A DNA stretch of 64,000 bases from an uncultured Chthonomonadaceae bacterium (lineage in GTDB: Bacteria > Armatimonadota > Chthonomonadetes > Chthonomonadales > Chthonomonadaceae): contig CAWFQB010000004.1 in the NCBI GenBank assembly GCA_963817895.1, positions 128,001-192,000 of the forward strand, read 5' to 3'. Positions 8,525-19,675 of the stretch are shown here, one piece after another. The notes beneath the pieces were generated by a model that did not search any database, was not told the DNA's origin, and worked only from the letters and a program-made list of their open reading frames with translations. The position numbers were made by a program, and so were the translations under genes. The first letter of the stretch is position 1. Each line of letters begins with the position of its first letter.

Positions 8525-11035
8525 TCAGTGCGCCATTGTGGCCGCTTCCTGTGGCGGGGCGGCGTTGTCTATGTCGTCCGCGATGGAGCCGCGCTTGCTG
8601 AACAGGATCGCGCCCGTCAAAGCCGCGCCCACGACGCCGCAGATCAGGATGCGAACCTTCACGCCAATGTCCTGAATCACGATCCCCGCGATGAGGATGC
8701 CTGTCAGGTTCATAACCTTGATGAGCGGGTTCAGGGCGGGGCCGGCGGTGTCCTTGAACGGGTCGCCAACCGTGTCGCAGATAATCGCCGCTTTGTGGAA
8801 CTCGGTTCCCTTGCCGCCGAACAGGCCGTCCTCAATCTTCTTCTTGGCGTTGTCCCACGCGCCGCCCGAATTGGACAGCAGGACGGCCAGCAGTTGCCCG
8901 CTGACAATCGCCCCGGCAAGATACCCGCCCAATGCCGCCGCGCCCGTTTGCGGATTGCGGAAGCCCAGCCCGAAGCCGACGAGAATCGGCAGGCCGATGG
9001 CGAGAATGCCCGGTCCGAGCAGTTCCTTTTGCGCCGCTGCGGTGGAAATAGCGACGCAGCGCGCATAATCCGGCTTGCTGGTTCCCAACATGATGCCCGG
9101 ATCGTTGCGGAATTGGCGGCGAACTTCTTCAATCAGTTGAAAGGCCGCGCGTCCGACCGCGTTGATGGCGAAACTGGAGAACAGATACGGGAGCCGCGCC
9201 GCCAATCAGCAGGCCGATGAACACTTCCGGCACTTCCAGCCGGATACCCACGTTCCAACAGCCCCGCGTCCGTCATAAACGAGCGGAACAGGGCGACGGC
9301 CGCGATAACCGCTGTGGCAATCGCAAAGCCTTTGGTCAGGGCTTTGGTGGTGTTGCCGACCGCGTCCAGTTTGGTCACGATGCGGTGTCCCGACATGCCG
9401 CTCTTGGTTTCCGTTCGCCCTGCCGCCGCGTCCTCTTCCAACACGCCCGACATCTCGAAAATGCCGTTCGCGTTGTCGGTAATCGGGCCGAAAGTGTCCA
9501 TTGCCAGAATGTAGCCCGTTGTCGTCAGCAGTCCCAACCCGGAAAGCGCGATGCCATACGCGGCGAGCAGCGGGTTGTTGGGGAAGATGGACAGGGCGAA
9601 TACCAGGGTCAGGGCAATGGCGAGCGCGCTCCAGACGGAACTCTCCAGCCCATAGGAAAAGCCGGAAATAATCATCGTGGCCGGCCCGGTTTTGGAGTTG
9701 TACGCGATTTCGCGGACAGGCTTCTTTTCAACGGACGTAAAGTATTCCGTCATCCAGCCGATGACAAGCGCGAGAATGATACCGAGGAACGTACACGCGA
9801 AGAAGCGCCACCACTCCACAACCGCATGCCCATTGGCATCCGGCAACTCTACGCCATGCGCTCGGACGCCATTCACCACATTGAAGACATCGAAGTACAG
9901 ATAGGAGCCGATGCCGAAGAACACAGTTGCGAGAGCGGCAGAAACATAAAAGCCCGTGTTGATGGGCTTCATGGGATCGAGGTCTTCGCGGTCTTCGCCT
10001 TTCACGGCCAGAACGCCGATAATACTGGCAAACACGCCCGCCGCGCGCACAATCAGCGGGTACATAATCAACTGCAACGCGCTGTGCGCAAGCGCGGTGC
10101 TGCTTCCCCAACTGCTTGCGGGAACAATGGCCGCGCCCAGAATGATGGCGGCAACCAGCGTCACTTCGTAGCTCTCGAACACGTCGGCGGCCATGCCCGC
10201 GCAGTCGCCCACGTTATCGCCCACGTTGTCGGCAATGGTTGCGGGGTTGCGGGGGTCGTCTTCGGGAATACCCGCTTCCACTTTGCCCACAAGGTCCGCG
10301 CCCACATCAGCGGCTTTGGTGAAGATACCGCCGCCCACGCGCATAAACAGCGCGGCGAGCGACCCGCCGAAGCCGAAGCCGACCAGAATCAGCATCGCCT
10401 TTTCTTTGTAAATCAGAAAGACCAGACACGCGCCGACAAGCCCAAGCCCGACGGTCATCATGCCCGACACGGCCCCGGCCCGGAACGCGGTTTCCAATGC
10501 GCCTTTAAACGTGGTGCGCGCCTGATTTGCCGTGCGCTGGTTGGCAAGGGTCGCCATGCCCATGCCGACATAACCGGCGACATACGAGGCCGCGACGCCC
10601 AGAATGAAGAACAGCGATACGCCCAACGCTTCATTTATGCCATAGCCAAGTTTGTCCTGACCCTTGTACAGCACAAACAGCAGGACGGCAATCACGACGA
10701 CAAGCGGCGACATCGTCTTCACCTGCTGCAGCAGATACGGCCAGCGCGCCATCTCGAATGGCTTTGCCGACCTCTTCCATTTTCGCCGTGCCTGCGCTCT
10801 GGCTTTTCACCTGCCCGAACCAGACAGCGCCCACGATCAGCGAAATAATACCGGAAATCATCGCAAACCAGATCAGACTGGTTTCCGAAGAAGTGAACGT
10901 GGGAAGCTGGACGGCTTCCGAAGCATGCGCCGCGTTTGCCAACGTCAGCAGCCCCAATCCCATCAAAGGCGGAAGCCAGCTTGCCTTCCGCCGCGCGCAC
11001 CCGGGCCGCCAAAGCCCCATACGGCGTTCTCTCAT
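8525..11035 (-). CDS. hppA: Membrane-bound H+-translocating pyrophosphatase, likely K+-independent (frameshifts near 10745 and 9245)
   Basis: [49 protein letters not shown] (Lys) is the K+-independent signature. The pieces lie in three frames. Confidence 0.93.
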
Positions 11036-11116
11036 TGTGTTGCCATTCCTCCATATCTGCAAGTATTTGCAGAATTATATGCGATTTGCGGCACATTAGT
11101 CAAGTAGAATTTTGGT

Positions 11117-12382
11117 TTATTCGTGCCGTAGGGCGTCTATGGGATTCAGGCGGGACGCGCGCACAGCCGGAGCCACGCCGAAGAGGACGCCCACAAGGGT
11201 ACATACGGCCAGGGCAAGCCCTACTAAAGCCCAGGTGATGATGGGCGTCAGGGGCGAATAGTGGGCAATCAGGCGGCATAATCCCCACGATACCATCAGG
11301 CCGAGGATGCCGCCGAGCAGGGACAGGACAACCGCTTCCACGAGAAATTGCAGGAAAATGTCGCTGCGCCGCGCCCCGACGGTTTTGCGGACGCCGATTT
11401 CGCGCGTCCGTTCCGTCACAGTGACAAGCATGATATTCATAATGCCCACGCCCGCCACAAACAGAGAAATGCCCGCGATAAGCACGAGCAGGGATTGCGC
11501 CATGTTCAGGATGCGAATGACAAGGGCCAGTCCCTTTTCCTGCGTAATCACGCCGAAGTCTTCATGCCCCTCATGCGTTTTGAGCAGGGCGGCGTTGATT
11601 TGGGACGACATTTTTTCCGCCGGGTGTTTGTAATCGGTTTCCAGCGCGATACGGTTCACCTGACTTCCGGGCAACAACTTCTTGATGGTATCGGAGGGGA
11701 CGTATACAAGCGTATTCAGGGCAAGCAACGCGCTGCCGAGCGAACCGCCTGCATCGGGTTTGCCCAGCACACCGACAATTTTCCAGTCGTGTCCCTGAAC
11801 ATGGACGGTTTTGCCCAGTACAGGCGCGTCCCCGAACAGATCGTGGCGCGGGCGGTAGCCTAAGATACAAACCTGTCCGTCGCTATCCTCGAAATAGCGG
11901 CCTTCCGAAAGCAGGGTGGGGTTCATCTGGACGCCCACTTTATTGGTGGCGACCACAAACGCGCTGGCGGTTTTTTTCGCGTCCCCTTCAATGCTGCCCG
12001 ACACGATGTAAACCGGAGAAATCTTCTCCACGCCGGGAACGCGGCGCAACGCGGCTACGTCCTCTTCCGACAGGGTAGACAATCCGGCAAGCGCGCCGGG
12101 ATTGGGCTGCCCGTTTTCATCCAGTTTGCCGGGAACGACCATGACGAGATTGGTTCCCAAACCCTCAACCTGCTTGCGAATTTCCACTTTCACGCCCTGC
12201 AAAATAGCAATCAGGGTGACAATGGCGATCATGCCGATGACAATCCCCGTCAGGGTCAGGGCGGAGCGCAGGCCATTTTGCACAAGGGCAAACAGGGCGG
12301 CGCGAATGTTGTCACTCAGGGAAGCGACCACTCGGCGCGCGCCGGCGCGGGCGGCAGGAACATATTCTTCAGTTTGCAGCAT
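11117..12382 (-). CDS. ABC transporter permease, MacB/FtsX family
   Basis: RSALTLTGIVIG, GVGIMNIMLVTVTERTREIGVRK, C-terminal PIDALRHE. Confidence 0.92.
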   Translation of the reverse strand: MLQTEEYVPAARAGARRVVASLSDNIRAALFALVQNGLRSALTLTGIVIGMIAIVTLIAILQGVKVEIRKQVEGLGTNLVMVVPGKLDENGQPNPGALAGLSTLSEEDVAALRRVPGVEKISPVYIVSGSIEGDAKKTASAFVVATNKVGVQMNPTLLSEGRYFEDSDGQVCILGYRPRHDLFGDAPVLGKTVHVQGHDWKIVGVLGKPDAGGSLGSALLALNTLVYVPSDTIKKLLPGSQVNRIALETDYKHPAEKMSSQINAALLKTHEGHEDFGVITQEKGLALVIRILNMAQSLLVLIAGISLFVAGVGIMNIMLVTVTERTREIGVRKTVGARRSDIFLQFLVEAVVLSLLGGILGLMVSWGLCRLIAHYSPLTPIITWALVGLALAVCTLVGVLFGVAPAVRASRLNPIDALRHE

Positions 12383-12541
12383 AATTGACGTAAATAGACT
12401 TTCGTTGTTCAAAATAGGGCGCGGCAGAACGGCGGCGATACAGGCCGAATCGCGCAAAGCGCCGCTTCTTATTACGCATAATCGAAGGATATTGACGTAC
12501 TCACAGGTAAAATACTTTGTAGATGGTTCTTGTAGATTTGG

Positions 12542-15260
12542 TTAGTAGATGTCGCCGACGCCGACGCCGAGGGCTTGACCGGCGGGGCCGCGATTGAAGC
12601 GGTTGGTGGAGGGGAGGCCTTTCACCCGGAGCGCGAAGTAGATTTGGCGGTCGCTGTAAAAGCTGTTGGGGTTTTCGGAGTAGGACACGCTGGCTTCCAG
12701 ACAGTCCCATTCATGCACCAGTTCCGCCGCCCGCGACTCGAACAGGCCCGTGCCGCCGTTGAAGCGCAGTAGTCCCGCGAACCGCCAGCCGCGCGCAAAG
12801 GGAACGTCGAACTGCGTGTTGATCTGGCTGAACTTGCGCCGAATACCCGGTTGCTGCGGGTCCACGCGGGAAACCAGATCAAACGCCAAATCGTTCGCGC
12901 CGCGCAGTCGCATTTGATTGGTGAGCGCGAGGAATTTGCCCGTGTTCGGGTCGTAACTGGTCAGCGAGTCGAAGCGGAGGGTACTGCGGGGCTGCCACAT
13001 CAGGCGGGCGGACAGGGTTTGAAACGGCCTGCCGCTCGTTTGCCCCGAGTAAATCATAGCCGGTTCTTAGCGTGGCCTGAAAATGCTTGTCGTCCAGATA
13101 CCCGCCCTCGCCGGTCATATTAGTGGGAGCGGGTGTACTGGTCGAAAGTAAACGGTGTGCCGCCTTCCGGCTGGTCGTATAGATAGTTGATGTCGAAGCC
13201 GCTGCGCCCCAGAATGTGCTGCCGCAATCGCGTGTTGTTGCGGGTTTCATACTGCGCCGCGCCATCCCCGTACAACCGCTGCTCGAATCCGCCGCCCGTG
13301 ACAATTTCCGTTCGTCCCCGTATAACGGTTATCTGAGGAATGTTGAAGCCGACGAGCAGGCGTTCGGTAAATGTTTTGCTGGCGGGTTCGTTGAATTTGC
13401 CCAGATCGGCGGTAAAGGTTGTCGGCAGTTGCCGCAGCAGTCCGCCCTTGAAGTTGATGGTATCCGCTGTGAACTGGAATTCGGGCAATTTTTCCAGTGT
13501 GCCAATCGAAGTTCCCGCCGACTGAAAGCCGATGGGCGTACTCTTGTTGGCAGACAGCATGTACTGGTACTCGCGGGCCGTATGCTGAAACTGGAACTGC
13601 GTATCGGCCCGGGCGGTACGGTTGATGGTATCCGATAGCGGGCGTAGTGTCGGTGGCAATGGTGGACTGCGTGTTGAGCAGGCGCGACACGTCAATCTGG
13701 TACGACAGGGAGTTGCGGTTGCTGCCCTGCGACGCGAACTGAAACGAGTTGCGCAGGCTGCCGGAAATCTGATTGGTGGAGTAGGTCGTCGAGTCGTTGG
13801 TCTGGATGTTGATGGAGCCGAGCAGATTGACGCCATGTACGCTGTCATCGTGGGCAAGATCGAAGCGCGTGTTTTGCGTGGTCTGCCCGGAAGAAACCAG
13901 ATAGCTTTGCTTGGTCAGTTCCGTGCTGAAGCCGAAGCGGTTGTTGCCGCCGAACCCCTGCTGATGCCGCAAACTGGTGGTGAAGTTGCGGTTGAATCCG
14001 CTGCTGGTATAGCCCTGAATGGTGAAAATGCCGCCGCTTGCCGGACCAAGCCCCGTTCCCAATTGCGGCAGGCGCGGCCCAATGTTGCCGTATCCGTAGG
14101 CCGAAGTGACGGCTCCGCCCGGATCGCTGCTCAGACTGCCCGCCCCGCTGAATCCGCCGCCATACCCGTACCCGGACGTATCGAACTGGCTGGCCTGTTT
14201 GCCCGCAAGATACTCCTGCTCGAAGCGCAGGCGTTCGCCGAGTTTCTGCGTGAGCGCTGACCTGCACGTAACTGGCCGCGTCCTGTCCGATGGGGAACTC
14301 GTAGGGGAAACGTCCGTAATAGCCCTCCTGCACGTTCTGGCCGAATTCGGGAAAGTAGCTGGGGCGGTCGCGACGTTTGGGCGGTTTTTTGTCAAGTGGT
14401 ATGACGATGTAGGGAATGGTTATCAGTTTCACGCCGAACAGAATAACGCTTGTCTGGTGCAGCACAAGCCGCTGACCCGGCAGCAGATAGGCATCGCGTG
14501 ACCGCAGTTCGTAATGGTGAAACGGCTCGATACACGTTGTCTCGGTCGTGTTGTCGGCAAACGTGGTTCCCTGCCGGTTGCCGAACACATCGCGGCCCGT
14601 AACGAACACGTTGTCGTACACCCGGTTTTGCAGCACGTCGGGCGTCAGGATGCTGCGCGGATTGTCCAATCTGTAGCGGCGAGTTTGCGGGTAAAAGTGA
14701 ATGGTATCGGCGTAGGCGGTGGTGGTGGCCGTGACGATGCGCGCGTTTCCGGTGAGAATAACTTCCGTATTGAGATTGCCGGACGCGCGATCTGCGGTAA
14801 TGGTAGCGCCATTTCCGGCGATACTCACGTCTTCAGCCTCGAAACTACCTGTTATTGGGTTCGCGCTGTAAACTTTAGCCGTAATTTCCGGCAATTTCGC
14901 TTCGGGCGGGACATTATTGGGAGTGACGGCATCGGCAGGCGAGGGCGTTCCCTGCCGGGCTGCGGGCTGCGGGGCATTGCCTACAGGCGGACTTCCGGCA
15001 GGGGAGGCTTGACCTTTCGTTACAACCGGCGTCGTACCCGGCGCGGCAGGCGGCGGTTGTGTTCCGGCTTGTGTTTGCTGCGCTTGCGCCGGACTGCTGT
15101 TCCCTGTCCCCTGTTCCCTGTTCCCTGAAGCAGGCGTGACGGGAGGAGCCTTGTCCTGACAGGCAGAAAGGCGGGGGAGCAGGGCTAAAATAAGGGCAGC
15201 CAACAGCGCAGCGCGGGGGGGTACGATGCGGGGGCGATGGATGGTTGGGAACAGCGTCAT
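12542..15260 (-). CDS. LptD/OstA-like outer-membrane protein (several frameshifts)
   Basis: Signal peptide; ITADR..., TTC...HYELR motif typical of LptD; beta-barrel-like C-terminal pieces in successive frames. Confidence 0.72.
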
Positions 15261-15463
15261 GTTCCTTCCGCAAAGGTTAAAAGCCTGCGAAAGCAGAAGC
15301 GAAGACGAACATCAGGCAATCGTATGTCATTATAGCATGTCAGGCAAACGTTTTCATCGTTTTGCCGCCGGACACGAATCTTTAACACGCCCGCTTACGG
15401 CAATCGTGACAGCAACACGCGCCCAAATTATGTGTAACCATTTGGTTTTAGATTGGATAGGTT

Positions 15464-15943
15464 ATGTTTACGTCGAATACGGTTGTGATGCGGGGGGAAG
15501 CGGCAAAGATCATGCCGCGCATTTATCAGTTGGTGGCGGACATTCAGGATTGGCCGACCCTGTTGCCGCACTACCGCTATATGCATATTTTAGAGCAATC
15601 CGAAAGCCATAAAACGGCGGATTTCGGGGCGACGCGGACGTTCCGGTTTGGCCCGCTTGCAATTAGATTTCCGTGCAAGTGGCAGGCGCGGCAAGAATTA
15701 TTCCCGGATGATATGCGTATCACGTATAAACATGTTCGGGGAATCACGCGGGGCATGTGGGTGGAGTGGCGGCTGGAAGATTGCGGCGATCACGTCAACG
15801 TGACCATTGACCACGAACTTACCTACAATATTCCCATTCTCGGCCCCCTGTTCGCGCAGTACATTGTCGGCAATTTGTTCGTTCATCCCATCGCGGGGAC
15901 AACACTTAATTGCATCAAAACGAAGGTCGAGACAGAGGCATAG
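15464..15943 (+). CDS. SRPBCC / polyketide cyclase-like protein
   Basis: IYQLVADIQDWPTLLPH, GMWVEWRL. Confidence 0.8.
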   Translation: MFTSNTVVMRGEAAKIMPRIYQLVADIQDWPTLLPHYRYMHILEQSESHKTADFGATRTFRFGPLAIRFPCKWQARQELFPDDMRITYKHVRGITRGMWVEWRLEDCGDHVNVTIDHELTYNIPILGPLFAQYIVGNLFVHPIAGTTLNCIKTKVETEA

Positions 15944-15987
15944 GTTGTTAGTTGTTAGTTGTTAGGTTTTTGGGTGGCTAACGGGTT

Positions 15988-16038
15988 AGTCCGCGCAGGC
16001 GGACTTCGTTATCACAGCCGCGCATTTCAATGCACGGC
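15988..16038. repeat. REP-like double palindrome
   Basis: AGTCCGC-GCAG-GCGGACT followed by GCCGCGCATT-TC-AATGCACGGC. Confidence 0.5.
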
Positions 16039-16075
16039 CTGCTGCGCGCGGATTTGTATCAGAAAGTGAACGCGA

Positions 16076-17320
16076 ATGACAATAGTACGCCGTGTTGTTG
16101 TAACGGGAATTGGGGCCGTCACCAGCATTGGGATTGGCGGGGAGGGGCTTTGGAGCGGGGTGAAGTGTGGACGCTCTGGTGTTGGGCCAATCACACACTT
16201 TGACGCGAGCAATCTCCCGTGTCGGATAGCCGCCGAAGTGCATGATTTCGACCCGACTCCCTATTTTGAAGCCAAAGCCTTGAAACGGCTGGATCGCCCG
16301 GTTCAGTTCGCCATTGTCAGCAGCAAACAGGCCGTTGCGGATGCGAAATTGGACATTGGGCAGGAGGACGCGGAGCGGATTGGCGTGTGCGTGGGCAGCG
16401 CGTTGGGCGGCTCTGCGTTTGCGGAACAGCAGCATACGGCGTACTTGCAGGAGGGATTGCGGGGCGTCAGCCCGCATGTTGCCCTGCAAACGTTTGTCGG
16501 CGCGAGCAGTTGCAGCGTGGCGATTGCGCTTGGCGTGACGGGGTATAGTTCGTCCAATGCGGATAGCTGCGCGTCCGGGCCGATTGCGATAGGCAATGCG
16601 TGGAACGCGATTCGGCGCGGCGAAGTGGATGTGATGCTTGCCGGGGCGACGGAGGCGTCGCTCGCGCCCCTGTGTTTCGGCGCGTTCGCTCTGATTCGCG
16701 CCATGTCCACGCGCAATGATGACCCGGAAAGCGCGTGTCGTCCGTTTGACCGCAACCGTGACGGCTTTGTGATGGGTGAGGGCGCGGCGGTTCTGGTTCT
16801 GGAAGAGCGCGAACACGCGCTGAATCGTGGGGCGCGGATTTACGCGGAACTGACCGGGTTTGCCTGTACCAATGACGCTTTTCACATGACCGCCCCCCGT
16901 CCCGATGGCACAAGCGCGGCTCGGTGTTTGAAAAACGCCATGCGTATCGGCGGCGTAACGCCCGAACAGGTGGACTACATCAACGCGCACGGCTCTTCCA
17001 CGCCGCTCAACGACTCGACGGAAACATCGGCCCTGAAGCAGGCGTTGGGCGAAGATGTCGTCCGTCATATCCCTATCAGCGCGACCAAATCCATGCACGG
17101 TCACGCGCTCGGCGCGTCCGGCGCGATTGAGGCCGCGATCTGCTGCCTCGCGATGGAAAACAATTGGATACCGCCGACCATCAACTACGAAACTCCCGAC
17201 CCGGAATGTGACCTCGACTATGTGCCGAATGTGGGACGCCCGAAAACGCTCAACACGGTGCTTTCCAACTCGTTCGGTTTCGGCGGCATCAACGCGGCGC
17301 TGGTATTCAAACGAGATTAA
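16076..17320 (+). CDS. Beta-ketoacyl-ACP synthase (FabF/KAS II-like)
   Basis: RRVVVTGIG, active-site SCASG, YINAHGSST, KSMHGH, SNSFGFGG. Confidence 0.9.
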   Translation: MTIVRRVVVTGIGAVTSIGIGGEGLWSGVKCGRSGVGPITHFDASNLPCRIAAEVHDFDPTPYFEAKALKRLDRPVQFAIVSSKQAVADAKLDIGQEDAERIGVCVGSALGGSAFAEQQHTAYLQEGLRGVSPHVALQTFVGASSCSVAIALGVTGYSSSNADSCASGPIAIGNAWNAIRRGEVDVMLAGATEASLAPLCFGAFALIRAMSTRNDDPESACRPFDRNRDGFVMGEGAAVLVLEEREHALNRGARIYAELTGFACTNDAFHMTAPRPDGTSAARCLKNAMRIGGVTPEQVDYINAHGSSTPLNDSTETSALKQALGEDVVRHIPISATKSMHGHALGASGAIEAAICCLAMENNWIPPTINYETPDPECDLDYVPNVGRPKTLNTVLSNSFGFGGINAALVFKRD

Positions 17321-18246
17321 GCCAGTTGCTTTTCGCGGCTAAGTCCTTCGACCTCGTTGTCTTGCAGGAAGTTGCGAACAAATGTGTGCAGGTCGTACTT
17401 CTGGTCTTCCATCAGTAGATGCCCCGCGCCCGCCAATCGCACCATGCGTTGCCGGTTGAACAGGTTGTGCCAGCGATCCAGCGAATCCAGATGAATGAAC
17501 GGGTCCTGCATTCCCCACAGCAGCAGGGTAGGAATATCCTGTATCGCTTCGCGGGACCGCCACAGGCTTTCAAACCAGTCGCTCGAACCGATCAGTTCCC
17601 GCGCAGCGGTCAGGTTGCCTTTGCGCGAGTCGGGCGTGGGAAGGGCGTTGATATACTGCGCCTGTATGTTTTTGGGCAGATTGTTTGTGTCTTCCACCGC
17701 CTGCTTGAGCATAAACCGCGTCTGGAAGTTCATCTTCTCGTAAAGCCACGCGCCCACTTTCTTGTTCAAAAACGTATTCGCTTTTTCCAGCGTCGGGTCG
17801 CCTTTGAGTGACCACATCCATGTGTTCATCACGACAAGGCGGCTGATGTTGTGCGGGTTATTGATAGCATAATTGAGGCCAATCGGCCCGCCATAATCAT
17901 GCACCATGAGAATGATGTTTTTCAGGTTCAATTCGCGGATCAGCGATTCGAGATTGTCCGCGTGGTCGGCGGGTTTGTAGGAGAACTTTTTCAGTTTGTC
18001 CGACAGGCCGAAACCCAGATGGTCGGGCGCGATGCAGCGGTACTCGCCCGACAACTGCTTGATGAGATGGCGGTACGCGAATGACCACGTAGGATTGCCG
18101 TGTACCATCACGATAGGCTGGCCGCGCCCTACGTCCACGTAGTGCATCCGCCCGCCCCGCGCCTTCTGATAGTAGTGGGACTCGAACGGGTATTCCTCGC
18201 GGTCAATCCACACGGAACTTTTCACGGTCTTGACGGACTTCTTCAT
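17317..18246 (-). CDS. Alpha/beta hydrolase, haloalkane dehalogenase/OleB-like
   Basis: HGNPTWS, DHLGFGLSDK, HDYGGPIG nucleophile motif. Confidence 0.85.
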   Translation of the reverse strand: MKKSVKTVKSSVWIDREEYPFESHYYQKARGGRMHYVDVGRGQPIVMVHGNPTWSFAYRHLIKQLSGEYRCIAPDHLGFGLSDKLKKFSYKPADHADNLESLIRELNLKNIILMVHDYGGPIGLNYAINNPHNISRLVVMNTWMWSLKGDPTLEKANTFLNKKVGAWLYEKMNFQTRFMLKQAVEDTNNLPKNIQAQYINALPTPDSRKGNLTAARELIGSSDWFESLWRSREAIQDIPTLLLWGMQDPFIHLDSLDRWHNLFNRQRMVRLAGAGHLLMEDQKYDLHTFVRNFLQDNEVEGLSREKQLA

Positions 18247-18427
18247 AGCGCGGCTCTCCTGCAAAAATCAACAAATGCCGAAATCATCCAACTTCCCCGT
18301 TGGTTTACGGAGGCTCTTTCCATCATTATGGCACAGACGGCGCGGTTCAGAGAATCAATGTGCCGGAAGCGAACAAGAACAATATGGGAGGGGCGTCATT
18401 TCCCTGTGGCGCAAAATTTGTGTACAG

Positions 18428-18715
18428 TTACGCGCTTCGCAGCACAGGCTCTGGCGTGGCATAATCGCGCAGAATTTCTGCGGGAGATTTCTCCTCCCAC
18501 TCCGCGAGTAAATCCTCCAGTGGATGCCCCGCTTTCACCAAATTGCTTAACAGTTCTACCATCCGCGCATCCTGCTCTAACTCTTCTCTGGTCACTCCCG
18601 TAGCCAGCCATTCATTATCTATGTGTTCTCTTGCTTGTTGAAGGGCGCGTTCATACTTATTATCGCTGTTCATACATCTACTCCTTAGGTGATTTATTCT
18701 ATCAATTACATCCAT
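18428..18715 (-). CDS. Hypothetical helical protein
   Basis: 95-aa ORF in a lower-GC patch, downstream of the GNAT-like gene. Confidence 0.5.
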   Translation of the reverse strand: MDVIDRINHLRSRCMNSDNKYERALQQAREHIDNEWLATGVTREELEQDARMVELLSNLVKAGHPLEDLLAEWEEKSPAEILRDYATPEPVLRSA

Positions 18716-18817
18716 AGTTGTTTGTATATATGAGCGTCATCCCTACCTCAGACAAACCGCTTCAAGTAACACATTTGCTTCAGCGACATTGAGAATGTAA
18801 CGGTGCCGCTTCACTGA

Positions 18818-19321
18818 CTATACCGACTTGAAGCCAAGCGCTTTGTAGAAATCTTCTGTGCCGGGTCGCGCCTGAACCAACACTCTTCCCTGCCCGCCAA
18901 GCAAAATACTCTTTGCAACCAGTCTTGCTACCAGTACACGTCCTACACCATGATACGCTCGTCGCGTATACCAGTGTTGATTGAAGGGCGCGGCTTCCAA
19001 AAGACTGTTCATAAGAAAAATATCGTTTGGCTCAACTTCGCCCAAATGGAGAATTCCTTGAATACGCTGATCCTCTGTATCATCAGCAATCAATTTGAGA
19101 ACCCGTTTGCTGCCGACAAGCTGAAGCCAGTTTAGCGCGAAAATGGCCTGTGACCAGTCCTCATTTTTCAATTCTGCCGCATCTTCCGCCAACAAAGGCG
19201 CAAAGTGTACGGGAACAATACTTCCTGTTTCGGCATCCGTGATGAAGTAAGGCCGCGTGTTTGCGTCTAGGTCCGACAAGTCTCTCTCCAACAGGTTCAT
19301 CTTGTAGATATTTGCTTTCAA
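18818..19321 (-). CDS. GNAT-like acetyltransferase (frame continues past TAG to 18743)
   Basis: YHGVGRVLV and FYKALGF acetyl-CoA binding motifs. Confidence 0.65.
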   Translation of the reverse strand: MKANIYKMNLLERDLSDLDANTRPYFITDAETGSIVPVHFAPLLAEDAAELKNEDWSQAIFALNWLQLVGSKRVLKLIADDTEDQRIQGILHLGEVEPNDIFLMNSLLEAAPFNQHWYTRRAYHGVGRVLVARLVAKSILLGGQGRVLVQARPGTEDFYKALGFKSV

Positions 19322-19675
19322 TCCGTCAGCATTTAGACGGAACAGGACGGTAGAAGTTTCATGCCCGGCAGCTTAGGGAGGCACTTAGAACTCAGTTGGA
19401 CTCACTTGGACTCAATCTTTACCACTTAAACGTAAAAAATTTATGAAGCGGCGGAAGGAAAAGGAGTCAGGCGTGGAGAAATACGCGCCGGAATCATGTT
19501 TTTGCCGTATGATAGCGGTAAGTCGCGGTTCTTGGTTTCAGAATCTCATTCCCGAACATTGTTCCAGCACCTTCGGAACGATGCGCAGATTTTCATCACT
19601 CCCTAAAAGTTTCAACGTCCCTTTCCCGCTGCGGCTTCGCGATTCCTGCGCTGCTGACGCGGGTACGAGTCTCGC

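Noticed and set aside
19443..19675. N-terminal extension of the methyltransferase as given in the ORF track
   Set aside because: Not protein-like. ATG 19676 in another frame gives a plausible N-terminus joined by one indel.
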